From the NCBI GenBank assembly GCA_029268065.1, contig JAJUHC010000009.1:4934-68933 (forward strand): a stretch of 64,000 nucleotides of DNA. The letters run 5' to 3'. The notes beneath the pieces are model-generated. The model did not search any database. It worked only from the letters and a program-made list of their open reading frames with translations, and was not told where the DNA came from. This DNA comes from Clostridiales bacterium. GTDB taxonomy: Bacteria > Bacillota > Clostridia > Oscillospirales > Oscillospiraceae. A program made the translations under genes and the position numbers. Positions 9,215 through 20,091 of this stretch are shown here, piece by piece; positions within the stretch are counted from its first letter, which is position 1, and every line of letters begins with the position of its first letter.

Positions 9215-9816
9215 TGGTGGATAAACTTCAGGAAAAGCTCGACGTCCTTACCGGAGCTATTCTAAAAGAGTCACAATCCGAAACAGAGAAAATATTGAGC
9301 GAGGTCAGGCGGAAGCAGGAGGCAGCCAGAGCCGCCAGCAGCGCCGCGCTGAAAAACGAGATAGCGCAGTATAAAAAAGAAAGGCTTCAGAAAATGAGGA
9401 GCGAGCAGTCCCGCCGCATCAGCCTCTGCCTCGCCGAAAACCGCCGGGAGCTTCTGCGCCTCAGAAATGAATATTCCGAAAAGGTTTTCGAGCTCCTGAC
9501 CGAAAGGATAAAGGCCTTCACCGAAACGCCTGAGTACCTTGAGGCTCTGAGGGGATATCTGAATAAGGGACTAAGCAGAATCAGGGAATTCACCAGAGTT
9601 GACGTCACGCTCCGCAAGGCTGACATGAAGTATGTCGACGAGTTTCCGAGGTCGCTTGACGGCTATGACCTGTTTTACAACGAAGGCTTGTTTGAGCTTG
9701 GAGGTATCAGGCTCTCCTGCCCCGCCGAAAACATCAGCGTGGACATGACCTATGATACCGAGCTGCAGGACCTTGCCGGACATTTTGCCGAAATGTTCGG
9801 GCTTGAGCTGGATTGA
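9214..9816 (+). CDS. ntpE: V-type ATP synthase subunit E
   Basis: ATG overlaps the previous stop (TAATG). 200 aa with an N-terminal coiled coil. Confidence 0.7.
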   Translation: MVDKLQEKLDVLTGAILKESQSETEKILSEVRRKQEAARAASSAALKNEIAQYKKERLQKMRSEQSRRISLCLAENRRELLRLRNEYSEKVFELLTERIKAFTETPEYLEALRGYLNKGLSRIREFTRVDVTLRKADMKYVDEFPRSLDGYDLFYNEGLFELGGIRLSCPAENISVDMTYDTELQDLAGHFAEMFGLELD

Positions 9817-9835
9817 AGCTGAAAGAAGGCTTAGT

Positions 9836-11611
9836 GTGAAAAAGAACGATACCGCTTACTATATACACGGAATAAACGGACCCGTAATCGACGTCCGCGG
9901 AGGTACGGGGCTTTCGATGCTGGACATGGTGCGCGTCGGCGAGCTGAGGCTGCCGGGCGAGGTCGTCGGAGTTTCAAAATCCGGCGCTACCGTGCAGGTC
10001 TATGAGGACACCTCGGGGCTCAGGCACGGCCAGCCCGTCTATCCGGCGCTGGCTCCGCTTTCCATTGACCTCGGACCCGGGCTGCTCGGCAACATATTCG
10101 ACGGCATTGCCCGTCCTCTTAAAAAAATCGAGGATACGGCGGGCGTTTTTATAACCCGCGGGCTCGACATACCCGCGCTCGACCCCGAAAAGCTATGGGA
10201 CGTCACCGTTAATATAAAGGATGGCGACCTTGTAAGCGAGGGGATGGTCTTTGCTGAGTGTCCCGAAACATTTGCGGTCCGCCATCTCTCACTCGTGCCC
10301 CCAGGCGTTTCTGGCGTCGCGCAAGGTGTAAAGCCGTCGGGAAAATACGGCACGTCCGACGTAATCGCTACCGTAAAACTAAAAAACGGCTCGGATTACC
10401 AGCTCAAGCTCTCGCAGAAATGGCCGATACGCGTGCCGAGACCAGTGCGCGAGCGGCTTCCAATAATCCGTCCCATGATAACCGGTCAGCGCGTCATAGA
10501 CACGCTTTTCCCCGTGGGAAGAGGCGGCTGCGCCGCCATTCCCGGCCCCTTCGGCGCGGGAAAAACAATGGTACAGCACCAGCTTGCCAAATGGGCTGAC
10601 GCGGACATAATAGTTTACCTCGGCTGCGGAGAGCGCGGCAACGAGATGACCCAGGTGCTCGAGGAGTTTTCAGAGCTCACCGACCCCAAGAACGGACGCC
10701 CGCTCATGGAACGCACGATACTTATAGCGAACACCTCCAATATGCCCGTCGCGGCCCGCGAGGCCTCGATATATACCGGAGTAACGATCGCCGAATATTA
10801 CAGGGACATGGGCTACCATGTCGCCCTGATGGCGGACTCCACCTCCCGCTGGGCGGAGGCTCTGCGCGAAATATCAGGACGTCTCGAGGAAATGCCCGCC
10901 GAGGAGGCCTTCCCCGCATATCTGCCCTCCCGGCTCGCGGAATTCTACGAGCGTGCGGGCCTCATGAAGACCCTTTCCGGCTCCGAAGGCTCGATAACCA
11001 TTATCGGCGCGGTATCTCCGCAGGGCGGCGACTTCTCCGAACCGGTAACGCAAAACACGAAGCGCTTTACAAGATGCTTCTGGGCGCTTGACCGCTCCCT
11101 TGCTTACGCCCGCCACTTCCCCGCCATCAACTGGACCAGCTCCTATTCCGAATATTTTATCGATCTGGCACCGTGGTATGACGCGGAACTCGGTTCCGAC
11201 TTCACCGCTAAGCGCCAGCGCATGATAAACATACTGCACGAGGAGTCGGCGCTGCAGGAAATTGTGAAGCTCATCGGCTCCGACATACTTCCGGACGACC
11301 AAAAGCTCATCATTGAGGCGGCGCGGCTCATCAAGACCGGCTTCCTGCAGCAGAACGCCTTCCACAAGACCGACACCTATATGCCGCTGCCCATGCAGTA
11401 CGACATGATAGAACTGATACTCCGGCTTTTTGACGGTGCGAAAACGCTCACCGAAAAAAAGATTCCGCTTTCGCTTCTTCGCGATACCGGCATTTTCGCG
11501 GAGCTTATGAAGATGAAGTTTGACCTTGGCGAAGGCGCGGGCAGGGATCGGAAATACTTTGAGGAGCTCATAGATGCGGCCGTCGCGAAGGTCATGTCTG
11601 AAAACGAGTGA
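9836..11611 (+). CDS. ntpA: V-type ATP synthase catalytic subunit A
   Basis: GTG start behind GAAAGAAGG. P-loop GPFGAGKT. 591 aa. Confidence 0.95.
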   Translation: MKKNDTAYYIHGINGPVIDVRGGTGLSMLDMVRVGELRLPGEVVGVSKSGATVQVYEDTSGLRHGQPVYPALAPLSIDLGPGLLGNIFDGIARPLKKIEDTAGVFITRGLDIPALDPEKLWDVTVNIKDGDLVSEGMVFAECPETFAVRHLSLVPPGVSGVAQGVKPSGKYGTSDVIATVKLKNGSDYQLKLSQKWPIRVPRPVRERLPIIRPMITGQRVIDTLFPVGRGGCAAIPGPFGAGKTMVQHQLAKWADADIIVYLGCGERGNEMTQVLEEFSELTDPKNGRPLMERTILIANTSNMPVAAREASIYTGVTIAEYYRDMGYHVALMADSTSRWAEALREISGRLEEMPAEEAFPAYLPSRLAEFYERAGLMKTLSGSEGSITIIGAVSPQGGDFSEPVTQNTKRFTRCFWALDRSLAYARHFPAINWTSSYSEYFIDLAPWYDAELGSDFTAKRQRMINILHEESALQEIVKLIGSDILPDDQKLIIEAARLIKTGFLQQNAFHKTDTYMPLPMQYDMIELILRLFDGAKTLTEKKIPLSLLRDTGIFAELMKMKFDLGEGAGRDRKYFEELIDAAVAKVMSENE

Positions 11612-11623
11612 GGTGCTGATTCA

Positions 11624-12991
11624 ATGAGAATAGAATATACTGGCACATCGGAGCTCTCCGGCTCCCTCATGGTGGTCGGCGGCGTTCTCGGGGTCGGCTA
11701 CGATGAGTTTGCCGAGATAACCCTGAAAGACGGCGGACGCCGACACGGGCGCGTCATTGCCATCGACGGTAACCGTGCCGTCATTCAGGTTTTTGAGGGT
11801 ACCCGCGGCATCTCCCTTGAAAACTCGCGTACTCATTTCACCGGGGAGCCGCTGAAGCTTGCGCTTTCGACCGAGATATTGGGACGTGTCTTCGACGGCG
11901 TTGGAAGGCCGGCCGACGGTCTGGGCGAGATTTTTCCCAAGGAGCGCCGCGATATAAACGGCTCGGTCATCAATCCTGTTTCAAGAAAGTACCCCAGGGA
12001 ATGCATTTATACCGGCATCTCCGCAATCGATGCTACGGCGACACTTATACGGGGGCAGAAGCTTCCCGTCTTCTCCGGCGCCGGCATGAAGCACAACGAG
12101 CTTGCCGCCCAGATGGTGAGGCAGGCGAAGATAGGTGACGGAAGCAACTTTGCGATAGTTTTCGCCGCCATGGGCGTCAAGAACGACGTCGCCGACTTCT
12201 TCCGCAAGAGCTTTGAGGACGCAGGCGCGATAGGGCGCGTGGTGATGTTCCTAAACCTCGCGAGTGACCCGATAATCGAGCGCATAATAACGCCGCGCTG
12301 CGCCCTGACCGCCGCCGAGTACCTCGCCTTCACACACGGCTACCATGTGCTTGTCATTATGACAGACATGTCCTCCTACTGCGAGGCGCTGCGCGAATTT
12401 TCCTCGTCCAAGGGTGAAATACCCTCTAGAAAGGGCTTCCCCAGCTATATGTACTCCGACCTTGCTTCCATTTACGAACGCGCGGGCCAGATACACGGCA
12501 TGAAGGGCTCCGTGACGCAGGTGCCCATACTTACCATGCCGAACGACGACATCAGCCACCCGATCCCCGACCTTACGGGCTACATCACCGAGGGGCAGAT
12601 AGTATTGAGCCGCGAGATGGAGCTTTCGGGCATCTATCCGCCGATATCCATCCTTTCCTCCCTCTCAAGGCTCATGAAGGACGGCATAGGCGAAGGCTTT
12701 ACGCGTGAGGACCACGCCGAGCTCTCAAACCAGCTTTTCGCTTCCTATTCAAGGGTACAGGACGCGCGCAGCCTTGCCTCCGTCATCGGCGAGGATGAGC
12801 TGTCGCCCACCGACAAAAAGTACATCGAGTTCGGCAGGCGGCTCGAAAACGCCTATATCAGGCAGGACATAAACGAAAACCGCACGATAACCCAGACTCT
12901 GGACATGGCGTGGGAGATACTCTCCCTGCTGCCGAGGGAAGAGCTCGACCGCGTCGGCGACAAGATGCTTGACAAGTATTACAAAGGATGA
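11624..12991 (+). CDS. ntpB: V-type ATP synthase subunit B
   Basis: 455 aa with typical B-subunit sequence. Confidence 0.95.
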   Translation: MRIEYTGTSELSGSLMVVGGVLGVGYDEFAEITLKDGGRRHGRVIAIDGNRAVIQVFEGTRGISLENSRTHFTGEPLKLALSTEILGRVFDGVGRPADGLGEIFPKERRDINGSVINPVSRKYPRECIYTGISAIDATATLIRGQKLPVFSGAGMKHNELAAQMVRQAKIGDGSNFAIVFAAMGVKNDVADFFRKSFEDAGAIGRVVMFLNLASDPIIERIITPRCALTAAEYLAFTHGYHVLVIMTDMSSYCEALREFSSSKGEIPSRKGFPSYMYSDLASIYERAGQIHGMKGSVTQVPILTMPNDDISHPIPDLTGYITEGQIVLSREMELSGIYPPISILSSLSRLMKDGIGEGFTREDHAELSNQLFASYSRVQDARSLASVIGEDELSPTDKKYIEFGRRLENAYIRQDINENRTITQTLDMAWEILSLLPREELDRVGDKMLDKYYKG

Positions 12992-13024
12992 CTATCAGAT
13001 AGTTGGAGCTGAGGAGGTGAATAC

Positions 13025-13672
13025 ATGGCCGTTTTACCGACAAAGGGCAACCTGCTCGCGGCGAAGCGCTCGCGCGAGCTTGCGCTCACGGGCTTCGAGC
13101 TTATGGACAGGAAGCGCAATATACTTATTCGCGAAATCATGGGCCTTATAGACGAGGCCGCAGAGATACAGTCGCAGATAGATCAGGTCTTTTCCGAGGC
13201 TTACGCTGCGTTGCAGCTTGCGAACATTTCTCTCGGAAAATGCGATAAAATTGCGGAGGCGGTACGCATTGACGATACTCTTTCGCTTCGGCACAGGAGC
13301 GTCATGGGCGTCGATATAGCATCAGTCGCGTATGAGGAGGAGCCGCTCCGCCTTGCCTACGGCTTTGTGGACACCAATTCCGCTCTGGACGACGCATATA
13401 TAAAGTTCAACCGTGCAAAGCAGCTCATACGCAGACTCGCGGAGGTGGAAAACGCCATCTACCGTCTCGCCTACTCGATACGCAAAACGCAAAAGCGCGC
13501 AAACGCCCTCAGCAACATCGTCATACCGGGCCTCAATGAAACGATAAAGGGCATCACTGACGTTCTGGAGGAGAAGGAGCGCGAGGAGTTTGTCAGGCTG
13601 AAGGTTATCAAGGCACAGAATCAAAGGAAAGAGCAGAAGGCTGCTGAAACAATGAAGTCAAAAAATGAATGA
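13025..13672 (+). CDS. ntpD: V-type ATP synthase subunit D
   Basis: 215 aa. The N-terminus PTKGNLLAAKRSRELA is typical of subunit D. Confidence 0.9.
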   Translation: MAVLPTKGNLLAAKRSRELALTGFELMDRKRNILIREIMGLIDEAAEIQSQIDQVFSEAYAALQLANISLGKCDKIAEAVRIDDTLSLRHRSVMGVDIASVAYEEEPLRLAYGFVDTNSALDDAYIKFNRAKQLIRRLAEVENAIYRLAYSIRKTQKRANALSNIVIPGLNETIKGITDVLEEKEREEFVRLKVIKAQNQRKEQKAAETMKSKNE

Positions 13673-13674
13673 GC

Positions 13675-13703
13675 AATCGGGGCGGTCATTGACCGCCCCG
13701 ATT
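13675..13703 (+). terminator. operon-end hairpin with no clear U-tract
   Basis: Near-perfect 13-bp palindrome AATCGGGGCGGTC/GACCGCCCCGATT just after the ntpD stop. Confidence 0.4.
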
Positions 13704-13832
13704 CGACCTTTCCCCTGCTGAAACTCTGCTGCAATTACCGTTGTATTATCCGTAAGCCTGCGATATAATTGGAAGCATAGGTGCTATATCGTTTTTGCTA
13801 TACTTCGGGAACAGAAGGAGGAGACATCTTTC

Positions 13833-14666
13833 ATGGCTACCTTTCAGATGAACTATCTGTCAATGAAGATCGGTATGCAGACCAATTTTACGGTTATCCT
13901 GCCCGGCGATTCCACGCTGAAATTCAAAACGGCTGACAGTTTTAGCGGGCTCTACCCTCGCAACAGGAAATACAAAACCCTCTGGCTGCTTCACAGCGAA
14001 GAGGGAGACGACTCTGAAATTCTCAGATACTCGGGCATACTGCGTTACGCGGAAAAGCTGGGATTCGCCGTAGTTATGCCCTGCTGCAGCAACTGGATGT
14101 ATTCCGACGAGCCTTCCGGGCAAAAGTTCTTTGAGCTTTTCACTCAGGAGCAAAGGATCATCTGTCATAACTACTTTCCCCTATCAGACAAACGCGAGGA
14201 TAACTTTATCGGCGGAGTATCTCTGGGGGCATACGGCGCGCTGAAGGCCGCTCTCACATATCCCGGGTACTATTCCGCCGCGCTCATCATCGACGGGGCT
14301 TTCGGCAAAAACCTCAAAAGCACTTATCTTGAGCGCATCCGCACTGAAACGGCGTCGCTTGGGCTCGTTCCTCCCTCGATACAGGACGAAGCGCCTCCGG
14401 AAAAGGCGGAGCTCTACGATATTGCGGTAAAAATGGCGGCGGATCGAAACGCTCTCCCGGAAATATACTGGGCCTGGGGCAGCGAAAACACCGCTACCGG
14501 AGTTTTTTCCCGCAGCGGCGCCGAAGCCTTGAAGGAGCTTGGCTACATCGTAAAAACTAAAGAATACAAGGGCTGCGGCCGAGGATGGGATTCCTGGGAT
14601 CCGGCGCTCTGCGACGCGGTGTGCGAATGGCTGCCGCAGCTCGGCTCTGATAGGGGAGGCAACTGA
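13833..14666 (+). CDS. esterase family alpha/beta hydrolase (paralog 1)
   Basis: 277 aa. Nucleophile elbow GVSLGA. Confidence 0.7.
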   Translation: MATFQMNYLSMKIGMQTNFTVILPGDSTLKFKTADSFSGLYPRNRKYKTLWLLHSEEGDDSEILRYSGILRYAEKLGFAVVMPCCSNWMYSDEPSGQKFFELFTQEQRIICHNYFPLSDKREDNFIGGVSLGAYGALKAALTYPGYYSAALIIDGAFGKNLKSTYLERIRTETASLGLVPPSIQDEAPPEKAELYDIAVKMAADRNALPEIYWAWGSENTATGVFSRSGAEALKELGYIVKTKEYKGCGRGWDSWDPALCDAVCEWLPQLGSDRGGN

Positions 14667-14667
14667 A

Positions 14668-15504
14668 ATGGCCGTTTTAAGACTGAACATGCTTTCCAAG
14701 GCTCTCGGTATGCGCACAAACGTCACAGTCATACTGCCAAGCTTTGATCAGGGCTACGACCTGGGGAGAAGCGCAGAGGAAATATACGCCTCCGGCAGGA
14801 AGTTCAAAACCCTCTGGCTACTGCACGGGGGCAGCGGCGACGACGCCGACTACTTAAACTGGACCAATACGGCTCGATACGCGGTCGAATGCAACTGCGC
14901 GGTGGTTTGTCCCTGCGCCTATAATTCAGCTTACTCAGACTACCCGCGCGGCTCAAAATACTATTCCTTCATTGTTGATGAGCTTAGGGAATTTTGCTAC
15001 GCAAGCTTCCCGCTTTCCGAGAAAAGAGAAGACAATTTCATAGGAGGTCTTTCCATGGGAAGCGGCGGCGCGCACAAAATAGTGCTTAACCGGCCCGAGG
15101 ACTATTCGATAGGTCTTATCATGTCCGGCGGTATTCCTCCGAAAAGCGGCAGCCGCGGTCACAGCGCCTTTCGCGAGCGCGTCATCGCTACCGGCTGGCC
15201 GATGCCAAAGCAGCCCTGGGACGTCCCACGTCAGGACTTAACCGAAATTGCGGCGAAAAACGTTCGGGAAGGACGCCCCATGCCGAAAATAATCTACGCC
15301 TGCGGCGACGAAGACGAAATTGCGTATGAAGCCTACCTCTTCGGAAGCCGTTATCTGACCGAACTCGGTTACGACGTCACCGGCTTCGTTCTGCCCGGCT
15401 ACAAACACGAGTGGGACTTTTGGGAAATTGCGCTCCGCAAAGCTTTTTTTGAATGGCTGCCGCTTGACCGCAAGGTAAAAACCTCAGTATGGGACGGCAA
15501 ATAA
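14668..15504 (+). CDS. esterase family alpha/beta hydrolase (paralog 2)
   Basis: 278 aa. Collinear similarity to the upstream ORF (YLSM/LNMLSK, KTLWLLH, SEKREDNFIGG). Elbow GLSMGS. Confidence 0.7.
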   Translation: MAVLRLNMLSKALGMRTNVTVILPSFDQGYDLGRSAEEIYASGRKFKTLWLLHGGSGDDADYLNWTNTARYAVECNCAVVCPCAYNSAYSDYPRGSKYYSFIVDELREFCYASFPLSEKREDNFIGGLSMGSGGAHKIVLNRPEDYSIGLIMSGGIPPKSGSRGHSAFRERVIATGWPMPKQPWDVPRQDLTEIAAKNVREGRPMPKIIYACGDEDEIAYEAYLFGSRYLTELGYDVTGFVLPGYKHEWDFWEIALRKAFFEWLPLDRKVKTSVWDGK

Positions 15505-15518
15505 TGGCATACTTCTGA

Positions 15519-16310
15519 CTAATCCGATTTTGTTCTGAACATTTCAGAGAGCTTTATTCCCGGGTGATGGTATCGCTTCCTTTTTGCGGTTTTGTCGGCA
15601 TAGTTGATCGCCTCCTTGGGGCACCACTGTATGCAGGCCATGCAATGTTCGCAGCTGCCGCCCCACACGGGAGCGGAATCTTTCAGCCTTATATTCCCCG
15701 CCGGACAGACTTTCACGCAGACTCCGCAGCCGCTGCAGCTTTCGTCGGCATGGAAGTTTTCGGCCATTTTGCCGAAGCTTTCCGTCATTCTTTCTAGCCT
15801 CTTTTCGAAGAGTCTCAGCGGCGGTGCTCCCCTCGGTATCGACGAGGGGAGTTTCGCTTTTACTGTATCCGCTATTCTGTCGGTTTTTTTCCTTGCGCTT
15901 TTCAATATCTTATTCTGCACGCTCAGAGGGAAGGCTCCGTATTTAATTATATAGTTTCCCGGCATCTTCACCGGAAAGGCAGCGCTCAGGACCGCCCCCC
16001 TTTCAGCCAAGGCGGAATCGAGTTGTCCGAATGACAGCCCGCTGCCCCCTCCGAAGTTTGCTACGCCGAATATGTACTGCTCCCGCCCGAATTCCAAATT
16101 GGAAATAAAACGCTTCAGGACGGGCGGCAGGCAGCCGAAATACACGGGGAAAACAAATCCTATGCGCTCCGCGGTTATTTTTATAGGCTCGCGGGCGTCA
16201 AAATCCGACGGAATCGATATTATCTCGGTATCTCCGAGCTTTTCGGCTATTTGCTTTGCCAGCGCGAGGCTGTTGCCGGTTCCGGAAAAATAGAAAACAG
16301 CGTTTTTCAT
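15519..16310 (-). CDS. flavodoxin-like domain fused to a 4Fe-4S dicluster domain
   Basis: N-terminal FYFSGTGNS flavodoxin-type loop. C-terminal CSGCGVCVKVCP and CEHCMACIQWCP motifs. Confidence 0.75.
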   Translation of the reverse strand: MKNAVFYFSGTGNSLALAKQIAEKLGDTEIISIPSDFDAREPIKITAERIGFVFPVYFGCLPPVLKRFISNLEFGREQYIFGVANFGGGSGLSFGQLDSALAERGAVLSAAFPVKMPGNYIIKYGAFPLSVQNKILKSARKKTDRIADTVKAKLPSSIPRGAPPLRLFEKRLERMTESFGKMAENFHADESCSGCGVCVKVCPAGNIRLKDSAPVWGGSCEHCMACIQWCPKEAINYADKTAKRKRYHHPGIKLSEMFRTKSD

Positions 16311-16587
16311 TTCATTCCCGCCTTCATATTGGTTTCATATGCCTTTTACAGTCACACCGCCCCTTGGCAGCATCCCCAAGCATTCAAACTCTGATACTTA
16401 CTGTATCTTTATTCGAACAATTTCAATATACATCTGCGTTGATGCGAAAAAATGCAGAAATCCCGCCTTAAAAGACAGGAATTTTGCAATTACCTAAACC
16501 GTAACGCTCTTTCTTTAACACTTGCCCTCTTACTAAGGAGTACACGTTGTGAGTCCTCCTCTGCGAAAAAATCGCTCTATTTTTCTT

Positions 16588-16986
16588 CTAATCCTTCAGA
16601 CTTTCGGCAAGCCGCCTGATCCTTTCCTCTATGCGTTTTATCACCGCAATATACTCGTCGTCACTCTTTCCGCTCGGGTCCTCAAGTCCCCAGTCCTCGC
16701 GGCGCTTAGACGGAAGGAACGGACAGGCGACTCCACAGCCCATGGTGACGACTATATCGACGGGCGGAAGCTCGCCTATGAGCTTCGGGCGCTGGTTTTT
16801 CTCCATATCTATTCCGTAAAGCTCCTTCATCAGCCTTACGGCGTCCTGATTTATCAGCGTCTTCAGTTCCGTTCCAGCGGAATAGCTTTCGAAGGCCTCG
16901 GCCGCCAGATGCCTGCCAAGCGCCTCGGCGATCTGAGAGCGGCAGGAATTATGAACGCAGATGAACGCCACCTTTGGCTTACTCAT
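16588..16986 (-). CDS. arsC: arsenate reductase, thioredoxin-coupled LMW-PTP type
   Basis: 132 aa. CVHNSCRS P-loop and downstream Cys residues. Its start overlaps the acr3 stop by 8 nt. Confidence 0.9.
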   Translation of the reverse strand: MSKPKVAFICVHNSCRSQIAEALGRHLAAEAFESYSAGTELKTLINQDAVRLMKELYGIDMEKNQRPKLIGELPPVDIVVTMGCGVACPFLPSKRREDWGLEDPSGKSDDEYIAVIKRIEERIRRLAESLKD

Positions 16987-18028
16987 AGACGAACCACCCT
17001 TCGGTTTTGTTGGCTATTTTCACCAGCACGAGCATTACGGGCACCTCGGTAAGTACGCCGACGATAGTAGCGAGCGCAGCCGCGCTCTGCGTCCCGAAAA
17101 GCGAAATTGCCACGGCAACTGCCAGCTCAAAAAAGTTGGAAGCCCCTATCATGCCCGCGGGCGCGGCTATGTTATGAGGCAGCTTGAGAAGCCTGCTTGC
17201 CAGATAGGCGATGAAGAAAATCAGGAAGGTCTGGATTGTCAGCGGTACGGCAATAAGAATTATGTGCATGGGGTTATTAAGTATCACGTCACCCTGGAAG
17301 GAAAATATTATAATGAGCGTCAGCAGAAGCCCGACAATGGTCACGTTTCCGAACTTCGGTATGAAGCTTTTCTCAAAGTACTCAGCTCCGCGCTTTTTAG
17401 TAATATAATTTCTGGTAGCCGCGCCGCCCGCAAGCGGTATCACCACGAATAGAACCACGGATAAAATAAGCGTATCCCAAGGTATGCCGACACCGCCAAC
17501 GCCGAGGAGAAATGCCACTATCGGCGTAAAAGCGAAAAGAATGATTATATCGTTTGTCGCAACCTGCACGACAGTATACGCCGCGTTTCCGTTCGTCAGA
17601 TGGCTCCATACGAAAACCATCGCGGTGCAGGGCGCGGCCCCGAGCAGTATAGCTCCCGCCAGATAGTCTTTCGCAAGCTCAGCGGGGATCAAGTCTTTAA
17701 AGACAACGCGGAAAAACAGCCACGCGATGCCGAACATGGTAAAGGGCTTGATAAGCCAGTTGGTGACCCATGTCACAAACAGGCCCTTCGGGTTTTTCCC
17801 CACATTCCTGATGCTCTGGAAATCCACCTTCAGCATCATAGGGTATATCATAAGCCATATAAGCACTGCAATCGGAATTGAAACACGGGCATACTCAAAG
17901 CGCCCGAGCAGGGCGGGGATACCAGGCAGATACCTGCCGATAAGAATCCCCGCCGCCATACAGAATATTACCCAAAGCGTCAGATACTTTTCAAAAAAGC
18001 CAATTCCGGCGTCTTTCCTTTTTTCCAT
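16979..18028 (-). CDS. acr3: ACR3 family arsenite efflux transporter
   Basis: 349 aa, polytopic. Contains the GAAPCTAMV segment typical of Acr3. Confidence 0.9.
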   Translation of the reverse strand: MEKRKDAGIGFFEKYLTLWVIFCMAAGILIGRYLPGIPALLGRFEYARVSIPIAVLIWLMIYPMMLKVDFQSIRNVGKNPKGLFVTWVTNWLIKPFTMFGIAWLFFRVVFKDLIPAELAKDYLAGAILLGAAPCTAMVFVWSHLTNGNAAYTVVQVATNDIIILFAFTPIVAFLLGVGGVGIPWDTLILSVVLFVVIPLAGGAATRNYITKKRGAEYFEKSFIPKFGNVTIVGLLLTLIIIFSFQGDVILNNPMHIILIAVPLTIQTFLIFFIAYLASRLLKLPHNIAAPAGMIGASNFFELAVAVAISLFGTQSAAALATIVGVLTEVPVMLVLVKIANKTEGWFVYE

Positions 18029-18041
18029 CTCGGGCTCCTTG

Positions 18042-18389
18042 TTAAGATCTGACCTTCTGCAATATTTTGACGACTTCCTCTGTTTTCAGCACCTTTCCGT
18101 AGGACACCACCTTGCCGTCGACAACGAGCGCGGGCGTGCTCATAACTCCGTATGCCGCAATCTCGGTAAAATCGGTCACATGGTCAATCGTCGTGTCCAT
18201 TCCGAGCTGCTTGAGCGCCTCCTTTGTCGCCTCCTCGAGCTGGTTGCACTTTGCGCAGCCGCTGCCGAGCACCTTCACGCCAGCGCCCCCGCTTTTTGCG
18301 CTCTCTGCCTTTGCCATGCTTTCCGCATCGCAGTTTCCGCCGCAGCAGCAAGAGGATTTTTCTTCTTTTTTCTTTCCAAACAGACCCAT
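18042..18389 (-). CDS. thioredoxin-fold protein (redox-active disulfide protein 2-like) with a Cys-rich N-terminal tail
   Basis: ATG at 18389 behind an AAGGAG RBS. SSCCCGGNCD tail, then the GSGCAKCNQL CxxC core. Confidence 0.7.
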   Translation of the reverse strand: MGLFGKKKEEKSSCCCGGNCDAESMAKAESAKSGGAGVKVLGSGCAKCNQLEEATKEALKQLGMDTTIDHVTDFTEIAAYGVMSTPALVVDGKVVSYGKVLKTEEVVKILQKVRS

Positions 18390-18426
18390 AATCGATATCT
18401 CCTTTTTTAACATTATTATTTCGTCT

Positions 18427-18933
18427 CTACGGTAGAATCTCTTTGAGCAATTTAAGTTTTTCACTGTTCTCTTCATTATACATTGGTACGCATTGTTCAG
18501 GCTCTGCGTTCATACGGCTGAGCTTTCCGGCGAACGCCATGCAGGAGCGTTCACCGCACTGTCCGCAGTTTGTTTTTGGAAGCAGCTTGTAAATTTCAGT
18601 CGGCGCCGGGTACTTCAGCAGATCATAGCATGGCGTAATACTATTTTTTCTCGCTTCGATATCGTTTAAAAATTCCTTTACCCAGTCCAACAGCTCGTAA
18701 AGGTGCGTCAAATTATCAAACTTTGTAATATTGATGTTTTTATTCATTATGGTGAACCCGATAATGCCCCTTTTAAATGATATTGAGCCCGGCTTATAGT
18801 CGGCACGCTTCACCTCAGCGTTTATGTACGGCAAAAGATCAGCAAGATCGCAATCAGCTTCGGTAATTCCCTTAAGCTTTGTCTTGTCGGCCATACAAGG
18901 AGATGTCTCGACGACGGTTATTTTCTTAATCAT
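18427..18933 (-). CDS. small Fe-S-binding protein (C-X2-C-X4-C-X16-C motif)
   Basis: 168 aa. C-terminal NCGQCGERSCMAFAGKLSRMNAEPEQC matches the RnfB/CFeSP-type N-terminal [4Fe-4S] pattern recalled from memory. Confidence 0.55.
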   Translation of the reverse strand: MIKKITVVETSPCMADKTKLKGITEADCDLADLLPYINAEVKRADYKPGSISFKRGIIGFTIMNKNINITKFDNLTHLYELLDWVKEFLNDIEARKNSITPCYDLLKYPAPTEIYKLLPKTNCGQCGERSCMAFAGKLSRMNAEPEQCVPMYNEENSEKLKLLKEILP

Positions 18934-18934
18934 T

Positions 18935-20080
18935 TTATCTCAGCTCCTGAGCTATTTCTTTAAGCGCCAAAACGAGCGTATCGATTTGCTGCTTCGTATT
19001 AAACCAGCCGACGCTGACACGCAGCGTGCCGGTCTCAACGGTACCAAGAACGCGGTGCGCCTGCGGAGCGCAATGAAGCCCGGCGCGTGTCATGATACCG
19101 TATCTTTTGTCAAGAAGCGCGGCGATATCATATGGCGACGCGCCGCCGATATTTAAGGACAGCAGTCCCGAACGCAGAACTCCCGAGGGCGGACCGTACA
19201 TGATTATGTCGCTTTCGGATTCAAGGCCTTCCATCAGCCTTGTAATCAGGCTTTGCTTGTGACGGCTGATTTCTTCGATTCCCGTTTCGTCGATGAATTC
19301 CAAAGAAGCCTTAAAACCGGCGAGCCCCGCCATATTTATGGTTCCGGCTTCGTACCTGTCGGGAGCGTCCTCCGGCTGGAACGGGGAAACTGCCATGCTG
19401 CCGGTGCCTCCCTCCTTCAGAGTGTCTAAAACAAGACCGTCCCTGATATACAGTCCGCCGGTGCCGCTTGGTCCCATCAGTCCTTTATGCCCTGTAAAGG
19501 CGAGATAATCAACTCCGAGCTCTTCAACATCTATCGGCACGCAGCCGGCAGTCTGTGAGGCGTCGACCAGCACGGGAACTCCGTGTTTGCGAGCAATTTC
19601 AGTCAACTCACCGACGGGGAAAACGCTGCCGATCACATTGGAACTGTGGACGAACACCGCAAGCCTGACCAGTGGGGACAAAAGGCTCTCAGCGTCTTTC
19701 ACGCTGATGCTTCCGTCAGGGCTGCAGGGAATAGTATGAACAACAATGCCCAGTGACTGCTCAAGCTTTTTTAGAGGACGCCAGACCGCGTTGTGTTCGC
19801 AGCTCGTCGTAATAACATGGTCGCCCTGCCGCAGGATGCCCTTTATGACCAGATTAATTGCCTCCGTTGAGTTGGCAGTAAATACTATATTTGAAGGACG
19901 CGGAGCGCCGAAAAGCCTGGCGGCCGCCTTTCGCGTCTGATAAAGCAGGCGGTTTGCCTCCTCGGCTTTGGCGTATGTCCCCCGCCCTGGGCTGGCTCCA
20001 ACATTCTTCATATAATCCATAACCGCGTTGTATACACATTCCGGCTTTGGAAAGGATGTTGCGGAATTGTCAAAATACAT
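18935..20080 (-). CDS. class V aminotransferase-fold PLP enzyme (cysteine desulfurase / selenocysteine lyase-like)
   Basis: Start taken at MYFDNSATSFP, giving 381 aa. The longer track ORF extension overlaps ccdA and was discarded. Confidence 0.85.
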   Translation of the reverse strand: MYFDNSATSFPKPECVYNAVMDYMKNVGASPGRGTYAKAEEANRLLYQTRKAAARLFGAPRPSNIVFTANSTEAINLVIKGILRQGDHVITTSCEHNAVWRPLKKLEQSLGIVVHTIPCSPDGSISVKDAESLLSPLVRLAVFVHSSNVIGSVFPVGELTEIARKHGVPVLVDASQTAGCVPIDVEELGVDYLAFTGHKGLMGPSGTGGLYIRDGLVLDTLKEGGTGSMAVSPFQPEDAPDRYEAGTINMAGLAGFKASLEFIDETGIEEISRHKQSLITRLMEGLESESDIIMYGPPSGVLRSGLLSLNIGGASPYDIAALLDKRYGIMTRAGLHCAPQAHRVLGTVETGTLRVSVGWFNTKQQIDTLVLALKEIAQELR

Positions 20081-20091
20081 CTGTTTTTCAC

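Noticed and set aside
13833-15504. Tandem esterase paralogs as something unusual
   Set aside because: This is an ordinary local gene duplication of a common alpha/beta-hydrolase family. Both copies keep the GxSxG elbow, and nothing else is distinctive.
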